This document shows positions 1 through 9,437 of a stretch of 64,000 nucleotides of DNA, piece by piece. Below the pieces are notes generated by a model. That model saw only the letters and a program-made list of their open reading frames with translations, was not told where the DNA came from and searched no databases. The DNA comes from Bdellovibrionota bacterium (GTDB lineage Bacteria > Bdellovibrionota_G > JALEGL01 > DATDPG01): contig OY764265.1 of the NCBI GenBank assembly GCA_963668355.1, forward strand, positions 1,248,001 through 1,312,000. The letters run 5' to 3'. Made by a program: the position numbers and the translations under genes. Positions within the stretch are counted from its first letter, which is position 1, and each line of letters opens with the position of its first letter.

Positions 1-1346
1 CGGGAGATCGACCAAAGCGTGTCTCCCCTTCGAATGAGATACGTGGAAGCTTGCATTCCTTTGGGTGGTTTGTAAGACACCGTTCGGGCTTTTCGTTTGC
101 TTCCGCCACTTCCTTTGTAGGGAATGGCCAATTGTTGACCGGGCCTAAGCCGACTGGATCGGAGTTGGTTGAAAGATTTTAAGGCCGCAATGCTAACTCC
201 ATAGGCCCTGGAAATATTCCACAAGCTATCGCCTCGTCGGACGACATGTCGGTCAACGCGAGAGATGGATTTCTTCCGAATCGTGGGATAAGCCGCGATG
301 AACGATTTCTTAAGTCCAACAGGAACCTTTAATTCGTAATTGGACATATTGGGAGGTGTGACTCCGCGTCGCAGTTCTGGATTCAGCGTTTGCAGATCCT
401 TTCGCGAAATGCCCAATTCCTGTGCAATGACGCTCAGTTCGGTGGGGTGGGGAACCAAGACCTTATCGTATTGCAGAGGCTCATGATATTTCAGGTCGGT
501 AATTCCGTACCGGGCTGGATCTTTTGCAACCAAGGCAGCCGCAATCATCTTGGGCACATAATTTTTCGTTTCATGTCTCAAGTATCGATACTTGGACTTT
601 GACATTTCCCAAAAATCTTCGGTGGAATAGCGTTTGATGGCGCGTGTGATTTTTGCCGCTCCGGCGTTGTAGCCAGCCGCAGCCAGATACCACGAGTTGA
701 ATTGATCGTAGAGATCTTTTAAATGTTGAGCGGCCGCGATCGTGGATTTTTCCGGATCCCGCCGTTCATCAATCCACCAATTGACCTTCAAGCCGTAAAG
801 GCGTCCGGTTCCTTTGATGAATTGCCAAGGTCCGCTCGCGCGGGCTCTGGAATAAGCATACGGTTTAAAACCGCTCTCAATCATGGCCAAGTAAATCAAA
901 TCTTCCGGCAGGCCATTTTCTCGAAGAATTCGCTTCATCATGGGAACGTAGCGGGTGGATCGTTCCATCCAACGTTTCATGACCTTTCGTCCGCGGCCTT
1001 GAAAATAGTCTAGCCATTTTTCGACGCGTGCGTTGATTGTGATGGGAATATCAAATTGAGGTTTTTCATCCTCGGTAGCGCGTTCAATTTCGGCTTCAAC
1101 CTCAGCTCCAATTACGTCTCCTTTTTCCGAAGAAGAAGTTTCACGCAAAGAAGCATCCGACATGCCCACATAAAAAGGCTTGATGTCGTCTCCTGAACCT
1201 CGAGAAATTCGTTTGGCGGTGGTTTTGTGGGGGGAGCCCCCATCCGCAACCTGAGAAGGGCCTGGGCTCTTTGCACAGTGGGTCAAGCTGAGTGCGAGAA
1301 GAGGCAGCCAGATGAGCACACGATTTTGGGGTGTTTTTTTGTTCAT
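1..1346 (-). CDS. mltD: Membrane-bound lytic murein transglycosylase with LysM domains (MltD-like), 3' end runs off the window
   Basis: Manual minus-strand translation from ATG 1346: lipoprotein-like signal (..LSLTHC), SLT motifs DLIYLAMIESGF, AAGYNAG, ETKNYVPK, then LysM HVVRRGDSLWNIS. Confidence 0.85.
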   Translation of the reverse strand, partial: MNKKTPQNRVLIWLPLLALSLTHCAKSPGPSQVADGGSPHKTTAKRISRGSGDDIKPFYVGMSDASLRETSSSEKGDVIGAEVEAEIERATEDEKPQFDIPITINARVEKWLDYFQGRGRKVMKRWMERSTRYVPMMKRILRENGLPEDLIYLAMIESGFKPYAYSRARASGPWQFIKGTGRLYGLKVNWWIDERRDPEKSTIAAAQHLKDLYDQFNSWYLAAAGYNAGAAKITRAIKRYSTEDFWEMSKSKYRYLRHETKNYVPKMIAAALVAKDPARYGITDLKYHEPLQYDKVLVPHPTELSVIAQELGISRKDLQTLNPELRRGVTPPNMSNYELKVPVGLKKSFIAAYPTIRKKSISRVDRHVVRRGDSLWNISRAYGVSIAALKSFNQLRSSRLRPGQQLAIPYKGSGGSKRKARTVSYKPPKGMQASTYLIRRGDTLWSIS

Positions 1347-1476
1347 AAGTGCATGATTAAATAGACAAAAATCCCCGGCCCTTTCCGAGGATCTATCTTC
1401 GAGAATAGAAGGCGATTTCGTTTACGTCAATCGACTTTATGGAGGTTTCTCTCTTATTTCAGGGCCTTGTGCTAAC

Positions 1477-4185
1477 GTGAATATTTCACGAAAGATGAGA
1501 AGATGGTTCATAGCTCTGGCATTGTGGTTTTTGACGGGCGCAGCGCTTGCTGGCTCGGCGGATCCGTTGGTGCGAAATTATCGTGTGCAAGCCGATTTTT
1601 CGAAAATCTCACAAGGATCGTACGAGACCACGCTGGAAGTCGAACTTGAAAACGGATCGGCTCATACGCTCCAGGAATTGCTCTTTGTTTTATATCCTGG
1701 GCGTTTTCGTGATGAGCTTCCCGGTTTAAATGATCTGAATTTCCACCGCGTATATCCTCACGGAGTCTCCAGAGGTGATTTAGTTGTTCTCGACGTTCGA
1801 AATGCGAAGGGGGAGAAGCTGGCATTCGAGCGAACCGGAGATACCGAATTGCAAGTCTCTTTCTCCAAGCCCTTGGAACCCAAACAAAACGCACGATTGA
1901 TCCTGAGAAGTCGTGTGAAGGTACCTGAAAAATATGGTTCATTTGGACGCTACCGCGGGAAGACGACATTGGCGGGGGCATGGACGCCTTATTTGGCTGC
2001 ATTGGACGAAGAGGGTGTTTTTCACCCCGAGTATGGTCCTCCCCAGGCAAACTGGGACATCCGAGGGAAAACCGAACAGAATTTACTGATTGGCACCCAT
2101 CTCGTGAGAGTTCAAGGGAAGCCAAAAGAATTCACGCAAAAATTTCAGGGTGCAAGACAAGTCAGCCTTTGGTTTAGTCCGGAAGTCTTTGTTGAGGAGC
2201 ATGTTGGACGGTTTTTGAAAATCGAAACCATCATGTTTGAACAGTACAACCCCACGTCGACGCGATTTCGAGAGCTCATCCAAAAATGGTTGGAATTTGT
2301 GGAACGTCAAACCGACTTGCCGAAACCCGTTCAAAAACTTGTGATGGTTGAGTCTCCTTTGCGTCGGAAGCTCGCCGTTCGAGGCGAGCCCTATGGGTTT
2401 TTTTCTGACCGAACCTTCAAACTGGTTCGACCTCTCCAGAAATATCATGCCATTCCCTTGGTTCATGCCTTGTTTTATCAGTGGTTTTTTCCGCACGTGA
2501 GTCGTCGAGAAGATTCCCAAGACTTTTTTTGGGTCACCGATGCCTTGGCGTGGCGTTGGACTGAGAAGTTCATTCAAGATCGAAGGTATGAGCACGTGGA
2601 TGCGCGAAACATCCCCGCCGTTCGCGCCTTGAGTTTTCTATTTACGATTGATCGGGTCATCTACACTCCGCAATTTGCCTTCTATGATGTCTTTTATGAC
2701 TATGTATACCCTGTGGATCTGGTGAGAGATGATCCTCTTCTGTTCAATCATCACAGGCCATTCGGACGAACCATTTATGCTCACGTGGAGGATGAGCTCG
2801 GGCCTAGCGTTGCCAATGACGTGGTCACAAGCTACTTCAGAAATGATTCCAAAGCTTTTCGTATAGTCGCCCAAGACCAAGGAAAACATTCCTTGGAAAA
2901 AACGTTTTCGCGCTGGATGAAACCTCGTCCCAAAGTGAATTATGTATTGGGGGAACATCGAAAAAAGAAAACAGACGAGAAAATATTTCATGAAGTTGAT
3001 GTTGAGAGGATTTCAAAAAAGTCCTTTTCCGAGCCTGTGGAATTGTTGGCAAAAACCGACGGAGGAAAAACGAAATTATTGCGTTGGAAGGGAGAGGGAG
3101 GGAAGCACACGTATCGATTCGACACCGAAGAATCCATCGACGTGCTGGAAATCGATCCCCGACATCGTTTGTGGGAGACCACGTTGGCCGACAATCGGGA
3201 CCCTCCCAAATATAAATTTGTTGTGACTCAATATGTGTGGACCTACGACTTTAACGAGAACGAACCCACGATTTCACTGTCCGGAACGTTTCGGAGAAGT
3301 TATGGCGGGGCCAATCGGTACAATATCAGCGGAGGTTACTTTGGTGATGCTTACGGGGGCTCGGTAGGCTACTCCCGGCTGTTCGGACGCATTGTAGACA
3401 GTCTACGTTTGAGTCATGGCGTGGGTTTTGGTTTTTCCGTGAACCGATTGGACAATGAGTTGGTTCTGGCGACCGACGCGTCTACAGGCAATCAAGCGGT
3501 GGTTGAGACCGGAAGCAAGTCTTTTGTTACGGCATTGAGTGGAAGTTATTTTTTTGGAGATCAACTTTCCCTCACCAATCCCCTTCGAGGTGGCGGGGCC
3601 TCTTTTTCGGTGACTTGGGGGAGCAAATATTTTGGGGGAGATGCGAACTATTTTCGAGTGGGGACGGCGGGTTCCTGGGTGTTCCCCTTGCACCCGAACC
3701 ATCTTTTGGCTCTTCGAGGTGTGTTGAGACACTCTGGCGGGTCTGAAATACCCTCTCAATTACAATATGCTTTGGGGGGAGTGACTCGAATGAAAGGCTT
3801 GTCCATTGATGACGATCGCTTCAAGGGAAAAAACTTACTCTTATTGAGTGCCGAGTATCGCCATTTTCTGATGATCGATTTGGATGTGGACCTGTGGCTC
3901 TTTCAGATTCGAGACATTCAAGGAGCCTTGTTCAGCAATTGGGGACGCGTGACCGACACGATTCAAGAAACGGCCAACCAAGTTGCATTTGGCGCGACTC
4001 AACGAACAAAATTTTGGGACTTGTTCGATCCGCGCGATTTTCAGAGTGATGTCGGTTATGGCTTTCGATTCTTCATCGATTACTTGGGTGTCAGCCCATC
4101 TCTCTTGACCTTCGACATCGCCAAAAGCCTGACAGAATGGGACAATGGTTTAAGGTTTTACTTTGGTGTGACTCAAAGCTTTTAA
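1477..4185 (+). CDS. Secreted M1-aminopeptidase-like domain (degenerate active site) fused to a C-terminal Omp85/BamA-type beta-barrel
   Basis: Signal peptide; M1-like N-terminal part; barrel strands, GGVTRMKG (VRGF-like) motif, SAEYRH, terminal FYFGVTQSF. Confidence 0.65.
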   Translation: MNISRKMRRWFIALALWFLTGAALAGSADPLVRNYRVQADFSKISQGSYETTLEVELENGSAHTLQELLFVLYPGRFRDELPGLNDLNFHRVYPHGVSRGDLVVLDVRNAKGEKLAFERTGDTELQVSFSKPLEPKQNARLILRSRVKVPEKYGSFGRYRGKTTLAGAWTPYLAALDEEGVFHPEYGPPQANWDIRGKTEQNLLIGTHLVRVQGKPKEFTQKFQGARQVSLWFSPEVFVEEHVGRFLKIETIMFEQYNPTSTRFRELIQKWLEFVERQTDLPKPVQKLVMVESPLRRKLAVRGEPYGFFSDRTFKLVRPLQKYHAIPLVHALFYQWFFPHVSRREDSQDFFWVTDALAWRWTEKFIQDRRYEHVDARNIPAVRALSFLFTIDRVIYTPQFAFYDVFYDYVYPVDLVRDDPLLFNHHRPFGRTIYAHVEDELGPSVANDVVTSYFRNDSKAFRIVAQDQGKHSLEKTFSRWMKPRPKVNYVLGEHRKKKTDEKIFHEVDVERISKKSFSEPVELLAKTDGGKTKLLRWKGEGGKHTYRFDTEESIDVLEIDPRHRLWETTLADNRDPPKYKFVVTQYVWTYDFNENEPTISLSGTFRRSYGGANRYNISGGYFGDAYGGSVGYSRLFGRIVDSLRLSHGVGFGFSVNRLDNELVLATDASTGNQAVVETGSKSFVTALSGSYFFGDQLSLTNPLRGGGASFSVTWGSKYFGGDANYFRVGTAGSWVFPLHPNHLLALRGVLRHSGGSEIPSQLQYALGGVTRMKGLSIDDDRFKGKNLLLLSAEYRHFLMIDLDVDLWLFQIRDIQGALFSNWGRVTDTIQETANQVAFGATQRTKFWDLFDPRDFQSDVGYGFRFFIDYLGVSPSLLTFDIAKSLTEWDNGLRFYFGVTQSF

Positions 4186-4191
4186 TCTTTT

Positions 4192-4782
4192 ATGATCAAA
4201 TTCATGCGAAACGTGATTTCAGTTGCTCTCTTGGCATTTTTAATGGCCCCTCCGGCTTACGCGGCCAACAGTTCGTCTAGAGAAATTCGGGACCAGCTGG
4301 GGGAATTCATGGGGATTTTTCTCACCGTTCCCAATCGTCGTCATGCTAAGGAACGAGTAGTGGTTCGGGGCAACCAAAGAAGTGGGTACATCGCCGACAT
4401 TTGGCATTGGAGAAGTCTTTCGAAGCGGAACTCTGCCGAAGAAAAATGCCACGCGTATACTTGGTTGTTAGCGGGAAGAGGTCTTTATGGAAAGGGCGCG
4501 GGAGAGGCCTTTGATCGTTTTCCAGGCTTGAAAGAAATTAACCTACGATTTTTTGATGTTCAAACCGGAACCAAATTGGGAAAGAAGAAGGGGGAGGTTT
4601 TACCTACGGAGAAGATCATCCCCTATGCGCGTGTGGGCGTGAGTAAACGATCGTTTCAGCGAAAGAAAACTTCTGAGGAGCAATTGGAAAAAAGTCTGCA
4701 AGGGCGCAGATGCTCTAGTGTTGGGGCGAAATACGTCGATAAGAATTGGTTCAATAACGCCTACTTGGGATCCCGAAAGTAA
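4192..4782 (+). CDS. Hypothetical exported basic protein
   Basis: 196-aa ORF with signal peptide (AYA-A), operonic spacing. Confidence 0.65.
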   Translation: MIKFMRNVISVALLAFLMAPPAYAANSSSREIRDQLGEFMGIFLTVPNRRHAKERVVVRGNQRSGYIADIWHWRSLSKRNSAEEKCHAYTWLLAGRGLYGKGAGEAFDRFPGLKEINLRFFDVQTGTKLGKKKGEVLPTEKIIPYARVGVSKRSFQRKKTSEEQLEKSLQGRRCSSVGAKYVDKNWFNNAYLGSRK

Positions 4783-4784
4783 TT

Positions 4785-5222
4785 ATGCTGGTTTGGGTCG
4801 TCATTTTATTTTCTTCTTTGGTTTGTGCGGCTCCCATGGAGGATCTTCAACTTCAGCCCCAACTCGAACCCACAGAGCACGTCGAATATTGGATGAAAAC
4901 CTCTCGCCAGCACCCTCATCCCTTGATTCGAAAAAACGCCGTCCGAGTGTTGGGAACGCTCAAGGAAAAGATTTCGGTTCCCACATTGATCGAGGCGCTT
5001 CACGATGAGAATCATCAAGTTCGTCTTGAAGCCGCCAAAGCCCTCGGAAGGCAAGGGGATGAGAGAGCCTTCGGTCCCTTGCGCGAGGTCATCGATCGAG
5101 ATGCAGATCATTCCGTTCGAAGAGAAGCCCGGAGGGCGGTGGAATTGATCAATGCTTATCTAGAGTATCAAAAGAAAAACGAAGACGAAGAGAATCCGAA
5201 ATCTAACAAGGATGAGTCTTGA
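4785..5222 (+). CDS. HEAT-repeat protein
   Basis: Repeats IRKNAVRVLG, VRLEAAKALG, VRREARRAV. Confidence 0.8.
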   Translation: MLVWVVILFSSLVCAAPMEDLQLQPQLEPTEHVEYWMKTSRQHPHPLIRKNAVRVLGTLKEKISVPTLIEALHDENHQVRLEAAKALGRQGDERAFGPLREVIDRDADHSVRREARRAVELINAYLEYQKKNEDEENPKSNKDES

Positions 5223-5473
5223 TGTTGCGACCCCGTTTGGATCAGCTTAAACGAAAGGAAGTTGTGGTTTATGCCAATGGCTTTCGTTACAAGGGCGTAT
5301 TACTCGAAGTTACGGAAACCGAGATCACGCTTCGTGCACCTACAGGATTTGTAAGCATTGCCATGGACGGAATTTCCTCGGTCAAAGAAGCGTCCACAGA
5401 AGTAGGACAAAAAGAATCCAATAAGTTCGTCGACCCAAGTTTCTACAACGCAGACGAAGAAAACGAAGAATAG
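5219..5473 (+). CDS. Small Sm/LSM-like fold protein
   Basis: KEVVVYANGFRYKGVLLEV...VSIAMDGISSV resembles Sm1/Sm2 motifs; acidic tail. Confidence 0.5.
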   Translation: MMLRPRLDQLKRKEVVVYANGFRYKGVLLEVTETEITLRAPTGFVSIAMDGISSVKEASTEVGQKESNKFVDPSFYNADEENEE

Positions 5474-5521
5474 TTTTGAAAAAACGTGGAGCCACTTCGA
5501 AGAAATGACTCCACGAAAAGA

Positions 5522-6571
5522 TTAACTGTTTTGCTTTAGACGTTCTTCGGCAATTCGAAGTGCCACTTGATCCGTAGGAGCATTTTCCTTGGCTGCAATT
5601 TCCAACACACGAGCCACAGAATTGAAAACTTCTTTGGTTTTCTTTTCCACAAAGACATGGTCTTTTTTGAGCCATTCGGAACCCACGTGAATGAGACCGC
5701 CCGCATTGATGACATAGTCCGGAGCATAAATGATGCCCTTTTCCATCAATTTTAGACTCATGTCTTCGCTGGCAAGTTGGTTGTTGGCGGCACCCGCGAC
5801 GACTTTACACTTCAGCTGATCAATGGTCTTTGCATTGATCGCGCCGCCCATGGCACAAGGTGCGAAGATATCGCAATCCACGCCATAGATGGCATCTACA
5901 CCGACGACTTCCGCGTTGAATTCCTCTTTGGCTTTTTCCAAAGATTCCTTATTCGTGTCGGTGACGATGAGTTTTGCACCCATCTCGTGAAGGTATTTGG
6001 CCAGGGGATATCCGACATGTCCCACGCCCTGCAAAGCCACTTTTTTACCTGAGATATCTGTGGAACCCCAAGCGGCCTCAGCACAGGCTTTGATTCCTTC
6101 TGCACATCCTAAGGCTGTGTAAGGAGAGGGATCTCCCCAGCCTCCCTTGTCCGGAGAGCAGCCCACGGCGTATTTGGTTGCACGATGAATGGTCGTCAAA
6201 TCCGCAGGAGAGGTGCCAGAGTCTTCCGTCGTGATGTAGGCACCTCCTAAGCCCTCCACCAATCGACCGAAGGCCAACAGAAGACTTTCTGTTTTCTTGA
6301 TGTTGGGATCTCCGAGGATAACAGCCTTTCCTCCACCTAGGTCCAACCCCGCGACCGAGGCTTTATAAGTCATGGACCGCGAGAGGTTTAAAACATCTTG
6401 AAGGGCTTCATCTTCATCTGCATAGGGATAAAAACGCGTTCCTCCCAAGGCAGGTCCCAGAGTTGTGTTGTGAACGGAGATGATGGCCCGTAACCCAGAA
6501 ACTCGATCATGTCCAAAAACAACTTGTTCATAACCATGAGCTTCCAATCGTTGAAATAGATTCGTTTTCAT
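5522..6571 (-). CDS. Leu/Phe/Val dehydrogenase
   Basis: GPALGGTR, GGGKAVI, VALQGVGHVG, GAANNQL, APDYVINAGG. Confidence 0.95.
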   Translation of the reverse strand: MKTNLFQRLEAHGYEQVVFGHDRVSGLRAIISVHNTTLGPALGGTRFYPYADEDEALQDVLNLSRSMTYKASVAGLDLGGGKAVILGDPNIKKTESLLLAFGRLVEGLGGAYITTEDSGTSPADLTTIHRATKYAVGCSPDKGGWGDPSPYTALGCAEGIKACAEAAWGSTDISGKKVALQGVGHVGYPLAKYLHEMGAKLIVTDTNKESLEKAKEEFNAEVVGVDAIYGVDCDIFAPCAMGGAINAKTIDQLKCKVVAGAANNQLASEDMSLKLMEKGIIYAPDYVINAGGLIHVGSEWLKKDHVFVEKKTKEVFNSVARVLEIAAKENAPTDQVALRIAEERLKQNS

Positions 6572-6621
6572 AAGTTGGTGGGGTGTTTATGAGATGAAAG
6601 GCCGGTCGTCAAGGATGTCTG

Positions 6622-7284
6622 TCATGGTAACGAAGCGGGAATCAAACTCCCATAACCATCAAAGAGTCCCCCCGCCAGATAAGGAGTTCCCTTGGGGTCG
6701 CTTCGACGCTTTCGACGTAAAAAACTGTTGATTTTTTGCCCGCGGCTTCCTTTCCAAGAGTGAGGGTGGCGAAGATTCATGACATCTCGGCGAAACCGCC
6801 CTCCGAGATGGTGGAGAATGGTAACTGTTTGATTTGAATTCACTTTTTCGACAATCGCAATGTGGGTGAAGGCATCATTTAGACGCCGATCACGATTTCG
6901 ATCCCACGTATTGGAAAAAAAGACCACGTCCCCCGGTTTGGGGGGCCGATCTCGAAAAAGCTCACCATATCTTCGGATGAATTTTCGAATGATGGCTACG
7001 CCATTGCCCCGAATATTGAGCACATTGGCCCCTTCAAAAACATCAATGCCTGCGGAGAGGAGAACCGATCCCACAAAGCCGCTGCAATCATACGGAAAAT
7101 TTCGATGGCTTTGAGGCAAGCGATGGGTTCGAAGGGAGAAGCGAGCTTCATCCACAATGCGCATTCGCTTTTGGCTCTCAGAGAGACCATCCCAAAGAAG
7201 AGAGGGACGTGGTCCCCCATGGCATGCCCCCAAGAGCAAACAAGCCAACACAAGCACCCCGAGCTTCATCTTGATATGGATCAT
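6622..7284 (-). CDS. NlpC/P60 (C40) family lipoprotein
   Basis: Lipobox LGAC; DCSGFV; PGDVVFF; HIAIV. Confidence 0.85.
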   Translation of the reverse strand: MIHIKMKLGVLVLACLLLGACHGGPRPSLLWDGLSESQKRMRIVDEARFSLRTHRLPQSHRNFPYDCSGFVGSVLLSAGIDVFEGANVLNIRGNGVAIIRKFIRRYGELFRDRPPKPGDVVFFSNTWDRNRDRRLNDAFTHIAIVEKVNSNQTVTILHHLGGRFRRDVMNLRHPHSWKGSRGQKINSFLRRKRRSDPKGTPYLAGGLFDGYGSLIPASLP

Positions 7285-7343
7285 GAAATTTATATCTGTT
7301 TCTACCTTGGCTAGAGCTTGACATTCTAAACGATGACGGCGAA

Positions 7344-7703
7344 ATGAAAACCATGGCTCAAGAAGATTGCCTATTTTGTAAGATAGCTGCCGGAGATATT
7401 CCTGCGGATCGGGTCTACGAAGACGACTCCGTGGTTGTTTTTCGTGACATTGAACCTCAAGCCCCGACGCATTTATTGATCATCCCTCGGAAACACATTG
7501 TTTCCTTGGCGCATGGGAAATCTGAAGATCAGGAACTCTTTGGACACATGATGGGACTGACGTCCAAGCTGGCCGAGCAAGAACAGCTTCCGGACAAAGA
7601 ATTTCGTGTGGTGGTCAACGCAGGGGCAAGTGCGGGGCAAACCGTATTTCATCTACATATTCATTTATTAGGAGGAAGGGACTTTTCTTGGCCCCCCGGT
7701 TAG
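7344..7703 (+). CDS. hinT: Histidine triad nucleotide-binding protein
   Basis: DCLFCKI; GQTVFHLHIHLLGG. Confidence 0.95.
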   Translation: MKTMAQEDCLFCKIAAGDIPADRVYEDDSVVVFRDIEPQAPTHLLIIPRKHIVSLAHGKSEDQELFGHMMGLTSKLAEQEQLPDKEFRVVVNAGASAGQTVFHLHIHLLGGRDFSWPPG

Positions 7704-7723
7704 ACTAGGTTCCTCATCAAATT

Positions 7724-9433
7724 ATGGACGTATTTCATCAAGTTGTAGTCGACCAGTTGGCGGAAATTTCCGGAAAGTCTCCGGAAACCATTGCCCCACT
7801 CATCGAAATTCCCCCGCAAGCCAATAAGGGAGATCGAGCGGTTCCTTGCTTTCAGTGGGCCAAAGAAGAAAAGGCCTCTCCAAAAGTCCTCGCTTCCCGA
7901 TGGCATAAGATGCTTCAAAGCCAGGGGCTTCCCCCCGAAATTGAAAAGGTGGAAGCGGTTGGGGGCTATTTGAACTTTTTCTTGAACCACCACTTTGTGG
8001 CGTCTCATGTATTGGGTGAAATTCGATCTCACCCCGGATCCTACGGGTATATCCAGCTTGAAAATCCCACAAACACCGTATTGGAATTTTCCTCTCCCAA
8101 TATTGCCAAACCCTTCTCGATAGGTCATTTGCGCACAACCAATATTGGCGCTGCCTTGGGAAGGATCTTCGAAGCGCGCGGCCACCGGGTCACGCGAATC
8201 AATCATTTGGGGGATTGGGGAACCCAATTTGGAAAACTGATTTCAGCGTATCGACGTTGGGGAAACGCGGAGCTGTTGAAGGATCATCCCATTCATCAAC
8301 TCTACAAACTTTATGTTCGATGGCATGAAGAAGAAATCAGCGATCCGACCTTGATTGAAGACGCGCGGGAATGGTTCTCCCGCTTGGAAGACGGAGACGA
8401 AGAAGCCAAAGAGCTGTGGGAATGGTTTCGAGAAGTCACCATTCGAGAATTAAAAACCCTCTATACAACTCTCGATGTCGACTTTGATCATTACTGGGGA
8501 GAGAGTTTCTATACCGGTCAATTGCTGAGCGTCTTGCAAGAACTCGAAGAAAAGAAAATTTCCAAGAAAAGCGACGATGCCACGATTGTTGATTTGGAAG
8601 AGGAGGGCTTAGCCAAATGTGTCGTAAGAAAAAGCGATGAAAGCTCTCTTTATATGACGCGCGATTTAGCCGCGGCCATCTATCGACAGGATCAATTCAA
8701 TTTTGATGAAATGATTTATGTGGTGGGGGCTCCTCAACGACTGCATTTTCAACAATTATTCAAAATTCTCGAAAAAATGGGCCATGCGTGGGCCAAAAAA
8801 TGCGAACACGTTGCGTTTGGTCACATGTCCTTTGGGGATGAAGCCATGTCCACCCGAAAAGGAAACATTGTTTTTCTTTCAGACGTTCTGGACGAAGCGG
8901 TGGCGTTGGCGCAGAAAATTGTCGAAGAAAAAAATCCCACGCTGGAAGACAAAGAAACCGTCGCCAAGAAAGTGGGTTTGGGAGCCATTTTATTTGCAGA
9001 CTTAAGTTCCAAGCGAATCAAGGACGTTCGATTTTCCTGGGATGAGATTCTGACTTTCGATGGAGAGACGGGGCCTTACCTGCAGTATTCTTTGGTTCGT
9101 GCAAAAAGCATTTTGCGTCGGTACGACAAACCCATTGAACCGGAAGTTCCGGAAGGAACGTTGCAGAAAAAAGAAGAAGCTGCGTTGGTCCGATTCTTAT
9201 CCAGATTTCCCTCGGTGTTAGCTAAAGCAGAAGAAGCCAGGGAACCTTTTTTAGTCGCTCAATATCTGGTGGGTTTGGCCAAGACGTTCAACAAATTCTA
9301 CACCGTTCATCGAATCTTGGATGCGCCGACCGAAGAGGATACGCGCGCCCGCGTGCTTTTGGTGTTTGCTTATGCGGATGTGTTGGATACGGGCCTACGA
9401 TTGCTTGGCATTCCCAGACCGGAGCAAATGTAA
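7724..9433 (+). CDS. argS: Arginine--tRNA ligase
   Basis: FSSPNIAKPFSIGHLR, NHLGDWGTQFG, MSTRKG, GETGPYLQY, C-terminal EQM. Confidence 0.97.
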   Translation: MDVFHQVVVDQLAEISGKSPETIAPLIEIPPQANKGDRAVPCFQWAKEEKASPKVLASRWHKMLQSQGLPPEIEKVEAVGGYLNFFLNHHFVASHVLGEIRSHPGSYGYIQLENPTNTVLEFSSPNIAKPFSIGHLRTTNIGAALGRIFEARGHRVTRINHLGDWGTQFGKLISAYRRWGNAELLKDHPIHQLYKLYVRWHEEEISDPTLIEDAREWFSRLEDGDEEAKELWEWFREVTIRELKTLYTTLDVDFDHYWGESFYTGQLLSVLQELEEKKISKKSDDATIVDLEEEGLAKCVVRKSDESSLYMTRDLAAAIYRQDQFNFDEMIYVVGAPQRLHFQQLFKILEKMGHAWAKKCEHVAFGHMSFGDEAMSTRKGNIVFLSDVLDEAVALAQKIVEEKNPTLEDKETVAKKVGLGAILFADLSSKRIKDVRFSWDEILTFDGETGPYLQYSLVRAKSILRRYDKPIEPEVPEGTLQKKEEAALVRFLSRFPSVLAKAEEAREPFLVAQYLVGLAKTFNKFYTVHRILDAPTEEDTRARVLLVFAYADVLDTGLRLLGIPRPEQM

Positions 9434-9437
9434 TCGA

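Noticed and set aside
9321..9437. N-terminal extension of the acyl-CoA ligase in the ORF track
   Set aside because: Overlaps argS; ATG 9438 is the more plausible start
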